Below are positions 54,101 through 64,000 of a DNA stretch of 64,000 nucleotides, piece after piece. This DNA is from Rhynchopus sp. YZ270_cl-10 (taxonomy: Eukaryota). Under the pieces are notes generated by a model. That model was not told the origin of the DNA. It was given only the letters and a program-made list of their open reading frames with translations, and did not search any database. How positions within the stretch are numbered: the first letter of the stretch is position 1; every line of letters starts with the position of its first letter. The stretch lies in NCBI GenBank assembly GCA_964035575.1, contig OZ037836.1, forward strand, positions 1 to 64,000, written 5' to 3'. Both the position numbers and the translations under genes were made by a program.

Positions 54101-56071
54101 TTTTAATCCCCTACCTTCCAGAGCCACTGCTGAGAAGCCCTTTGGCACACGGCTGTCTCGGCGGATTTTGTTCTCTACCATCGCGAAGAATGCGTTCAGC
54201 TGAATTGAAACCCTTTTGTAGAATTTGTCCTGAAGAAGTTCAAGGTGGTCTTGGCTGATTATTTTGGGCATATCTGGCAGGGACACCTTTCCACCAGTGC
54301 AGCATATTTTTGATGACTCTCCACGAAACAGCAATGCCCCGCAATGCTTGCAGGGTTTGTCCATCTCTCCGCATGAGTGCTTCTTAATGCTGTCATCCAC
54401 CTCTTCGCGCAGTGCTGCCCCCAGGTGCCGGTAGGTGAATATTTTTTTGACTCCCTGTCTCTGCAGCTTTCTGTTTAGATCAGCTCTTTGTTCCTCAACA
54501 ATACTGCTCTGTTTTTCCATCTGAAACTCTGCTTCGTGAAACAGGGTCCCAGACATGTATTTTGCCTCTGACTGTACAACGTCAAAATCAGCTTTGGAAT
54601 GTTTCTCTATAAGCTCCCCCATGAGGTTCTGCTCTTTGATCATGAGCTCCTTGAGGTTTCTTATTTGCCGTGCACTCCATATAGACTTTGCTTCCTCCAC
54701 AGAAGCTGGGTCGAACACCATTTTTGACATTGGGTCCACGTTTCTCAGCGTAACAAAACTGGCCTCATGCTCAAGCAAAAAAATCCTAGCTTTAACCTCC
54801 TCAAGCTCATCAAGTTTGGTATACGTCTGCTGCCTTTTTGTTTCAAGTGACTTTAGCTTTCTGAGATCCCATTTTTTTTGCATGATGTCGACCACACAGT
54901 CGTTGAAGGTGTGAGATTTTGGTTTGTTGTCCTTAATCAAGGGAACATTTATGTGTGACCACAGCAGCACTTTTTGGAACCTTAGCAGATTATCCTGTGT
55001 GGCATAGTATGGCCTTGAAGAAGTCCTTAACGCCGAAATGCGAAATACTTCAGCTGAATGGAACAGCCAGGAAAATAACGGCGGTGTGTAATCGTTGAAG
55101 TCAAAGTACTGGGGAAGTTCTATGGCTGCCAAACACAAAACTGCTGCAACACTAGCAGACAGTGCAGGTGTTATAGCACTCACATTCTCCTTTTGTAACT
55201 CTCTCTCATCCTGTCCAAGCAAAATGTATGAAAGATAGTCCATTTTGCAATTGAGAGTTTTGAACCTCAGGCAGTATTGTGTGATGTGTTTCAGTAGAAT
55301 ATTTACCTCTGCAAACTGTGCATAGCAGTACGGACATGTTTTTTCGCAGGTTGCTGCATGTGATTTCATGTTTTTAACCTCGGTGAATTCTTCCCCACAG
55401 TGCTCACAGCAAAGTTTTCCTAAGCACGCATGATTTTCCTTCTGTGCCTGCAGAGGTGATGAAAAACTGCGCCTACAAAGAGTACAGGCAGGTTGACATT
55501 TTTTCAGATGCTCCGTCAATTTGTGAATACGTTTGTATGTAGCATCGCAATTAGGACATTTGAAACGGCCGTCTGAAGTCTTATCCAGTTTTTGCTTCTT
55601 GGGGGGTGGCACATCAGGAGTAGAAGGTGCTTCCTGAGGAGAAGGAGTAGAAGGTGCTTCCTGAAACCCACCTGTGCAGCCCTTCTGATGATTGTGCCTC
55701 TCAAGGAAATTAGAAAACGTAATTCTGCACTTTGGACACGTTTTTTTGCATTTTTTTGAGCCTTTTTTGTGTGCTTTGAGCTGTTTATCTACTGCAAAGC
55801 TGGCACCACAGTTTTCACAAATGAAAGGTTTCTGCTCCTGCGCACTTCTTGGTTCATCATCTCCCCTCTTCCGTTTTGTACTGCATTCTACTGTTGTAGG
55901 TTCATTGCGCTCATCTTCTGTTTTTTCCTTTTCTTCATCATCCTCTCCAGTCTGTTTTTGAAAAGCTTCTGTATCATCTTCTTCTGCCTCCTGTGTTGCT
56001 TCTTTTGTTGTCTTAGGCTTTTTGTCAGCACGCCCATCCGCAGACCCGCTCTCACTACGTTGCCTTTTCAT
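51146..56071 (-). pseudogene. Helitron RepHel ORF, open but 3'-truncated: zinc fingers and HUH Rep present, Pif1 helicase absent
   Basis: Six C2HC/C2H2-type fingers; Helitron motif CKHCGALLFRGE...CCTGG; Rep motifs FFLTMTCNP, EYQKRGLPHCH and YLFKYLFKG; pre-helicase segment LLDMQRLL...MEDLGLPTP. No Walker A follows; the frame runs through the octamer tract into the array. Likely ATG at 56071 (MKRQR), ORF open to 56158. Confidence 0.92.
51166..51207 (-). repeat. Five octamer repeats in inverted orientation, (GCAAACCC)5, at the array/Helitron junction
   Basis: gtcca|CAAACCCG...CAAACCCGCA|tttcaccc. The array unit normally continues gtccaACAGGG. Confidence 0.95.
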
Positions 56072-57300
56072 ATTATTTATGCCATGTGTTCCTATGCTAA
56101 TGTATGTGAAGAAAGAAGGAATCTGGGAAACAATGTGAATAGAAATATTAATTCTCATTAAACTCTCTTTCGTTTTGGGGAAGTGTTTCCCTCTTCAGCT
56201 TATGTTGTCTTTGTATTAGCCTTCTTATTAGTGTGCCCATCATCAGATCTTTCCTCGCTTTCGTTGTCTTTTCATTTTTTTTTTTGCAAAAAGTAAAGTA
56301 CCCAGACCACTGTTATGTTAGTTTTGAATAGTTGTGATAAATTGCTAGAAATTGTATTGTAGAAAATATAAAATGGTGGGTGGGAGAAAGTTTTGAGTTT
56401 TCAAGAAGGAAAATAAAAAAGTCTCACAACTAAGTTTTCAAAAAAAAATAATTAAAAAATGATCTTGAAAATTTTGACAAAAATTAAAACCAATCTGCAT
56501 GTGCATTAAAAAAAGGGGAACCCATATTTTTGCGCAGGAAGAAGTAATTTGCACATTCTCTGCGATAAGAAATACCCCCAAACGAAAAAAAAAAATTATT
56601 CTCTAATGATGTGCTTTATTGTGCTGGAAAAGAGCACCTTTGTGTTGAAATTCCCTTCCCCTCCAAGTACTAGAGCATTCGTGAGCATAACACGTCTTTG
56701 CTATTTTTTCGTCTTCTGCTGCTTCGCGCTTTCTCTTTCTGTCTAGCTCCTGTTGAGTTTGAGTTGTTGAAAGTGATACTTGAAAAGTTGATACATACCT
56801 TTTTCATGTCCTGACACAGAAGGAACACTTCGTTCAGCTGTTTCTTGAGATCTGAGACAGTCTGTTTCACCTCTTTCAGCTCTTCAGTCACTGAGGAAAA
56901 GCTTTCTGCAGAAACAGGAATTTCCAATGCTGCGGCCTGTTCTGACGGAAGCACAGAGTCCTTCTGAGTTTGCTCCTCTGTTTTAACGCCTTGCTCCTGT
57001 ACCTTCGTTAGTACTGTCTCCTTCTTCTGGGAGCACACTGGAATTGGTGGCAATTCCTCATTCTCATGAGGAGCTTGATCCTGCACATTGAACACCGCCA
57101 ACATGCTTGGTGCATCTTTCTTCTGCACAAAGGGCACTGGCTTCCGCTTAATCTTCATGGTGTTCATAGTTTTTTGAGAAATAGTTCACCTGTTTTTGGT
57201 GTGTGAGTACAAAAGTGCTATGAAAAGAGAAATGAGGGGTGAGCCAAGTTTAATTCATTTTTCTATTCAATTTTTTCGGCATTCACATTTGTAAAAATGC
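51208..57300 (-). mobile_element. Helitron fragment (5' part); termini not identified
   Basis: RepHel ORF plus a co-oriented small gene. The left boundary is the truncation; the right boundary is approximate. Confidence 0.65.
56603..57167 (-). CDS. Small coiled-coil plus C-terminal C2H2 zinc-finger protein, 2 exons (57167-56799, 56749-56603), 171 aa
   Basis: A 49-nt intron (AAG|GTATGT...AACAG|GAG) gives exon 2 ELDRKRKREAAEDEKIAKTCYAHECSSTWRGREFQHKGALFQHNKAHH*, with C-x4-C...F-x5-L-x2-H-x3-H. Exon 1 has the heptad stretch VTEELKEVKQTVSDLKKQLNEV. Confidence 0.72.
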
Positions 57301-57377
57301 AAAACCTTCAGACAATAAAAAATAAGTACTGTTCACAACCACACCAGCCTCCTACATTTTAGCGAGCTTTCTTCTTG

Positions 57378-57908
57378 TGCGGGTTTGCGGGTTTGCGGGT
57401 TTGCGGGTTTGCGGGTTTGCGGGTTTGCGGGTTTGCGGGTTTGCGGGTTTGCGGGTTTGCGGGTTTGCGGGTTTGCGGGTTTGCGGGTTTGCGGGTTTGC
57501 GGGTTTGCGGGTTTGCGGGTTTGCGGGTTTGCGGGTTTGCGGGTTTGCGGGTTTGCGGGTTTGCGGGTTTGCGGGTTTGCGGGTTTGCGGGTTTGCGGGT
57601 TTGCGGGTTTGCGGGTTTGCGGGTTTGCGGGTTTGCGGGTTTGCGGGTTTGCGGGTTTGCGGGTTTGCGGGTTTGCGGGTTTGCGGGTTTGCGGGTTTGC
57701 GGGTTTGCGGGTTTGCGGGTTTGCGGGTTTGCGGGTTTGCGGGTTTGCGGGTTTGCGGGTTTGCGGGTTTGCGGGTTTGCGGGTTTGCGGGTTTGCGGGT
57801 TTGCGGGTTTGCGGGTTTGCGGGTTTGCGGGTTTACGGGTTTGCGGGTTTACGGGTTTGCGGGTTTGCGGGTTTGCGGGTTTGCGGGTTTGCGGGTTTGC
57901 GGGTTTGC
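57378..57908 (+). repeat. Internal (GGGTTTGC)n tract, ~66 units
   Basis: Perfect octamers with TTTACGGG variants at 57835 and 57851. Confidence 0.97.
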
Positions 57909-58954
57909 ATCTAATATGTGATGGTCAAAAGTGCAAGATTCCTTCGTTAATGAACTTTTTGAGTACCAGTTATACCTGCGGGGTTCATTTTTTTTTAGGG
58001 GTTCATTTTTTTTTACACAAAAAACTATGTTAAGACGAAATCCTACCGATGTGCCTACATGGGGCGTCCCCCGTCAGTAGTGCGCCAGATGAGGGGCACG
58101 AAGCGAAATGCGGTGAAAGGTGCAGGCCTGTTTTGCAGCAGGTCTGGAGAGTTGTGGCAACTCGTCTGCTGAGCGTGTGAAGTATCAAGGCAGAGGTTCG
58201 CTGTTCAAGTAAAACCTACCCTGGTCATCCTCTGCCTGTCTTGGTTTCTGTCGTGATTGTTTGTGTTTGTGGGCGGGATCAGATGGGTGGAGGGTGTTTA
58301 CTTTGTGTTTAGCTCGGAGAAGTGGCTTACCCGCCCACTCTCTGTTATTTATTCAGTGTCATTTTTTCATTCATCCCCAAAGTTTGTAGACAGAGTCAAG
58401 ACCACCTTGGCCAAAAGGGTTTTTTCACCACACTTTTCTTTTGCTTCCATTCGTGGAAGCGTTTGCTTTTCTTCTGTTCCTGGCCTGACGTGTGTTCAAC
58501 AGGTGTGCTATTTTTACCAAGTGGAATCCATTTTTCTTTTTCCAGGGGAGGCACTAAAACAAACCATTCTGCAGACAACAAAGCAAAGGCAATGTGTTTC
58601 CCTTCCCTTCTTTTAAGTAAGGAGGATTAGGTCTTCTTTTTTTCCTTTTTTTGCCCCAGAAGTGTGACGCCTGTGTATTCAAATTGATCAAAAAGAATAA
58701 AAAACAAACACATAATGCAGTTTCTTGTTTTGTATAAAACTCTGTTGGCTCTACCGTACTCTTCGCCCGCCTTTTATACAAAACTTGAAACACCGACCAT
58801 TTTTGGTCATCATTTTTTCCTTTTCATTTTTCCATTTCCTTTTTCCTTTTCCATTTCCTGTTCATTTTATTGTCTTTATTGTCTTCTCCATTTCTTCCTT
58901 TTTCCTTTCTATTCTCATAAAAAACTAGTCCAAGTACAAAAAAGAGAAAAAAAA

Positions 58955-59015
58955 GGTTTGCGGGTTTGCGGGTTTGCGGGTTTGCGGGTTTGCGGGTTTG
59001 CGGGTTTACGGGTTT
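58955..59015 (+). repeat. Internal (GGGTTTGC)n tract, ~7.5 units
   Basis: Follows an A-rich run; variant at 59008; abuts the 571-bp tandem. Confidence 0.95.
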
Positions 59016-60208
59016 CTAATTATTACGGGTTTGCGGGGTCGTAAATGGGGAGTCTCCCAAGTGCCAAGTTTGCGTCGTCCGAGCAAGTCTGATGTGATTC
59101 TCCGGTAGACTGCTGCCGAGAAACGGGGTGATGTTTTGGGTTCAGTGTGGTTGACAAGTGTTTAATACCTAAAATGTGTGTGGCAGTTTTATACAGCCAG
59201 TAGGTATCCAGTTATTACGGGTTTGAGGGGTCGTAAACGGTCGCTTCCCAGGGTCACTTGGAATAGACAGACCTTGCATATCTGACATGATTCTCTGATA
59301 GAGTGGGGCCCAAAAACGACGTGGCGTACCGGGTGTGCCAGTCCTGGGCATCTGGCGATATTTAAAAATTGAAAATGGATATAAATACCCTATGCTACCG
59401 TGTACTATGTATAAAATAGCCGTGAAATTTCGCCACATTTAACCACAACTACTCAAAACATCAAATCTGTTGCTTTAATGGACTCAGAGAGCATTTTTAT
59501 AACCTGGACATGGGGGTCAGATTCCATGTTAGAGCACCTAAAATTTTGTCAAAAAGAAAATTTCCACTATTTGTGCCTCTCTGTATCTAATTATTACGGG
59601 TTTGCGGGGTCGTAAATGGGGAGTCTCCCAAGTGCCAAGTTTGCGTCGTCCGAGCAAGTCTGATGTGATTCTCCGGTAGACTGCTGCCGAGAAACGGGGT
59701 GATGTTTTGGGTTCAGTGTGGTTGACAAGTGTTTAATACCTAAAATGTGTGTGGCAGTTTTATACAGCCAGTAGGTATCCAGTTATTACGGGTTTGAGGG
59801 GTCGTAAACGGTCGCTTCCCAGGGTCACTTGGAATAGACAGACCTTGCATATCTGACATGATTCTCTGATAGAGTGGGGCCCAAAAACGACGTGGCGTAC
59901 CGGGTGTGCCAGTCCTGGGCATCTGGCGATATTTAAAAATTGAAAATGGATATAAATACCCTATGCTACCGTGTACTATGTATAAAATAGCCGTGAAATT
60001 TCGCCACATTTAACCACAACTACTCAAAACATCAAATCTGTTGCTTTAATGGACTCAGAGAGCATTTTTATAACCTGGACATGGGGGTCAGATTCCATGT
60101 TAGAGCACCTAAAATTTTGTCAAAAAGAAAATTTCCACTATTTGTGCCTCTCTGTATCTAATTATTACGGGTTTGCGGGGTCGTAAATGGGGAGTCTCCC
60201 AAGTGCCA
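59015..60208. repeat. 571-bp tandem repeat, ~2.1 copies
   Basis: TCTAATTATTACGGGTTTGCGGGG recurs at 59015, 59586 and 60157; identical ORFs at 59169 and 59740. Confidence 0.95.
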
Positions 60209-60320
60209 CCCACCCCGCGCAGCGGGGTGGGGGCGCGAGGGAGAGCGGAGCGAGCCTTTACGCGCAGCGTGAAGGCGAGCGGAGCACGGGGGGTCTGGGG
60301 GGGCAGTGCCCCCCCAGAAA
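60209..60320 (+). other. GC-rich hairpin cluster
   Basis: CCCACCCCGC-gca-GCGGGGTGGG; TTACGC-gca-GCGTGA; GC-gga-GC twice; TCTGGGGGGGC-agt-GCCCCCCCAGA. Confidence 0.8.
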
Positions 60321-60929
60321 AATTTTTGAAGTTTGGGAGTCCTGATTTGAGATTATTTTGTAGATTTACATGTGTTTTTGGGTGAGGGAATGCTCGAGAA
60401 AGAGAACACTTCATCAGTGCCGAGAAGGTGGAAGTGGTGGGAAATTGGTGGATAAAGGGCCTCCTCGAGATGGTAGATAGAGAGATGTGGGAGATATGTG
60501 CGGATCTTAGTGTCATAAGAGATGTGTCGAGCAAGAGAAACATATGGTAGAGGAACAATATGATATTACAATGGGGGATGCTCACCAGCATGTCACGTGC
60601 TTTTATGTTTAGTTACTGTGTTCGTGATATTCGTGTCGAGCAATGTACGCTCACAAGCACACACATATGTAAGATGCCGTCTATGTTTACATGCATGAGT
60701 AAGTGCACAAACATACATGAGTCATTGCCTTCAGAGATACAGGGATTCAAAACTGAAATATACGAATTATAAGTATGTCGGAGCTACATATCTTTAAAAC
60801 GACTTCATCCTGCCATGTATTCTAACATTCTAACATTCTTCCAAATATTATTTCCTGAACAAATTAGCTTCACACCCATACCTTTAAATATACTTCCGAG
60901 CTTTCTTCACAGCTGAATTATTTCAGCAG

Positions 60930-61996
60930 AATATCTCTCAAATACCAGCTGGGCACATTAAAGTGAGCTTGAAAAACTTTTTGAACATGCATCAGTATTT
61001 ACATGATTTTGGTGTTTTGTGTGGACCAGAAAACCACCATATTATTAGCACTGGTGTAACTTTTCGTGATTACTTCTCACATATGAGTGATATTGTGTCT
61101 CAGAGCCAAATAGCTTCACAAGCACAGAATCAGTCTGTTATGTGGCAGCAGTCAACATTAGCTGCAGAGCAAAATATCCTCAACAACACGAACCTGCTAT
61201 ATTTAGCAGAATTTTTTCTAATCAGTAGCTAAATGTGACTAAAGGCTGCTACACTTCAGGGAGCTTTATTGTAATCTAATACTATAAGTATCAGTCATTC
61301 CAACAGCAAATAATTCTCAGAAGAGCAACCTGCCTCTAACCCACACCATCCGGCGTCATTTTGCATGACATTCATTGCCCTTTCATGTTGACCATTCATA
61401 ATATTGAATGCAGTTTGTGCCAGCGTTTGCGGAATATTACATCTTATGAACACAGTTAAACACGTTCGTGGAGTAGCCATATGCCTCACAACCAAACCAT
61501 CCTGCCACATTTTAGCAAGCTTATTTCCGTAATCTTTTTGGGTTTGCGGCCACACCAGTCTATTGCAGTCAATATTCTCTGCGGAGCCAAATAGCCTCTC
61601 AACTACACAAACCTGCTGTTTTTAGCATTATTTATTCAAATCAGTTGTTATTAGCGCCCAAATCCTGCCATAAATAATCTGCAGACCAAAATACCTCTAA
61701 ACCATACCATCTTGCTACAGTTTATGACACGTTCCTATAAATTGCGGAATAATAATATATTACTCTGTACATAGTAATCACTCATGCCAGCAGTATTCAC
61801 GGCGGAGCAAAATGCCTCATACCCACCCCATCATGCCTCATGCATGCTTTTCAGTGGCATTCAGCTTTGCCATTAAATTTTAGGTTACATTACGTGTTTA
61901 CATATCATTACTCCTACCTTAATCGCATCAACACAAAATAGTGGTGTAGCCTCATAACCACACCAGCCGGCCACATATTAGCGAGCTTTCTTCTTG
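60930..61996 (+). repeat. Degenerate, irregular satellite-like region
   Basis: Recurrent diverged motifs GAGC(C/A)AAAT(A)GCCTC and ACC(A/C)(C/T)ACCA(T/G)CC...CACAT..TAGC. 61163-61230 resembles 61581-61650. Confidence 0.55.
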
Positions 61997-62214
61997 TGCG
62001 GGTTTGCGGGTTTGCGGGTTTGCGGGTTTGCGGGTTTGCGGGTTTGCGGGTTTGCGGGTTTACGGGTTTGCGGGTTTACGGGTTTGCGGGTTTGCGGGTT
62101 TGCGGGTTTCGGGTTTGCGGGTTTGCGGGTTTGCGGGTTTGCGGGTTTGCGGGTTTGCGGGTTTGCGGGTTTGCGGGTTTGCGGGTTTGCGGGTTTGCGG
62201 GTTTGCGGGTTTGC
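61997..62214 (+). repeat. Internal (GGGTTTGC)n tract, ~27 units
   Basis: Variants at 62062 and 62078; same immediate flanks as the 57378 tract. Confidence 0.97.
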
Positions 62215-63426
62215 ATCTAATATGTGATGGTCAAAAGTGCAAGATTCCTTCGTTAATGAACTTTTTGAGTACCAGTTATACCTGGGGAATATGCTCAGAT
62301 CACTCTTTTGACCATCTGGCGTTTACCACAAAAACACCACTTTTTACAGGCCACTTTACAGGCCAGTTCATGAAGGCACGAGTGAGGTTTTTTTGTACAC
62401 GTTACCGTGAGCGGGCGCGCGAAGCGCGCACGCGAACGCCCCGCGGGAAGCGAATAGCTGACCGCCTGCCCAGTGTGTGAGGTCCTTACAAAAAAAACCA
62501 CCTGTAAAAAAAGGTGAGGTCCTCATCACGTTTCCATGGAAGTGTCACACAAGAACGACAGGTTTTTTAGCCCGTCACCAAATCCTAAAAAACCTTAGTT
62601 TTTTAGTCTTTACTATAGAGATGTGCGCCACCCACACCACACACACTACACACCCACACACACACACACACACCCCCTCACCACCAGAGGGGATTTGACC
62701 AAAAAATCGATTTTTTTAAATAAATAGTTGCTCATCCAAAAGTGAATTTTTTGGGCTTAACGTGTTGTTTGGGGGTATTGAGGCCCAAAAAAAAAATTTA
62801 AGACAGTCCTGTTCAAAAAATGGACTGCCAAAAGTTTGGGCCTCAATACCCCCAAACAACACGTTAAGCCCAAAAAATTCACTTTTGGATGAGCAACTAT
62901 TTATTTAAAAAAATCGATTTTTTGGTCAAATCCCCTCTGGTGGTGAGGGGGTGTGTGTGTGTGTGTGTGGGTGTGTGTGTGTGTGGGTGTGTAGTGTGTG
63001 TGGTGTGGGTGGCGCACATCTCTATAGTAAAGACTAAAAAACTAAGGTTTTTTAGGATTTGGTGACGGGCTAAAAAACCTGTCGTTCTTGTGTGACACTT
63101 CCATGGAAACGTGATGAGGACCTCACCTTTTTTTACAGGTGGTTTTTTTTGTAAGGACCTCACACACTGGGCAGGCGGTCAGCTATTCGCTTCCCGCGGG
63201 GCGTTCGCGTGCGCGCTTCGCGCGCCCGCTCACGGTAACGTGTACAAAAAAACCTCACTCGTGCCTTCATGAACTGGCCTGTAAAGTGGCCTGTAAAAAG
63301 TGGTGTTTTTGTGGTAAACGCCAGATGGTCAAAAGAGTGATCTGAGCATATTCCCCAGGTATAACTGGTACTCAAAAAGTTCATTAACGAAGGAATCTTG
63401 CACTTTTGACCATCACATATTAGATG
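62214..63426. repeat. Large inverted repeat (fold-back): arms 62214-62789 and 62835-63426, 45-bp spacer
   Basis: Mirror-image ORFs (62295-62501 minus and 63139-63345 plus). The arms differ mainly in CA/GT microsatellite length. Confidence 0.93.
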
Positions 63427-64000
63427 TGTTTTTTCAGGTTTTTCAATGCACTTTCCTGTACTGGGAAGCATGCCACAAGTGTCATGTTTTACAAGGCAAA
63501 AATGACCAAAAAAGCTGATTTTTGGCCGAATGCCACATGTCATTTGGCAGTCCATTTTTTGAACAGGACTGTCTTAAATTTTTTTTTTGGGCCTCAATAC
63601 CCCCAAACAACACGTTAAGCCCAAAAAATTCACTTTTGGATGAGCAACTATTTATTTAAAAAAATCGATTTTTTGGTCAAATCCCCTCTGGTGGTGAGGG
63701 GGTGTGTGTGTGTGTGTGTGGGTGTGTGTGTGTGTGGGTGTGTAGTGTGTGTGGTGTGGGTGGCGCACATCTCTATAGTAAAGACTAAAAAACTAAGGTT
63801 TTTTAGGATTTATTTAAAAAAATCGATTTTTTGGTCAAATCCCCCTGGTGGTGAGGGTGTGTGTGTGTGTGTGTGTGTGGGTGTGTGTGGGTGTGCTGTG
63901 TGTGGGTGTGTAGTGTGTGTGGTGTGGGTGGCGCACATCTCTATAGTAAAGACTAAAAAACTAAGGTTTTTTAGGATTTTTTTTTGGGCCTCAATACCCC
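62835..64000 (+). repeat. ~751-bp unit with a GT microsatellite, followed by partial and rearranged copies running off the window
   Basis: GGGCCTCAATACCCC recurs at 62838, 63589 and ~63986; a ~160-bp sub-block is re-duplicated at ~63810-63980. Confidence 0.8.

Noticed and set aside
58035..58240. Possible structured RNA or hammerhead ribozyme (short inverted repeats, CAGATGA...GAAA)
   Set aside because: The CUGAUGA core is not matched and I could not build the required stems; an Infernal/Rfam search would settle it.
59169..60591. 89-aa and 160-aa ORFs in the 571-bp tandem and hairpin cluster
   Set aside because: No recognisable domain; they run through repeat and hairpin DNA.

Overview
Eukaryotic, repeat-dominated window; four inferred GT-AG introns are not needed, three of 49-57 nt restore recognisable domains in the standard code, and no host housekeeping genes are seen. 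It opens with ~4.8 kb of a telomere-like octamer (GGGTTTGC)n. This joins directly to ~21.4 near-identical copies of a 1851-bp non-coding unit (4808-51165). Unit 5 carries an apparently intact 6669-bp Mutator/MULE transposon (70-bp TIRs, 9-bp TSD). Its spliced 981-aa transposase appears fused to a Josephin-like cysteine protease and a SAP domain. The array ends at five inverted octamer repeats that also truncate a Helitron RepHel ORF just before the helicase. A small spliced coiled-coil/C2H2 gene lies upstream of RepHel. The last 7 kb is a patchwork of internal octamer tracts, a 571-bp tandem, GNA-triloop hairpin clusters, a degenerate satellite and a ~1.2-kb fold-back inversion. Domain calls are by-eye motif recognition; no database searches were run.
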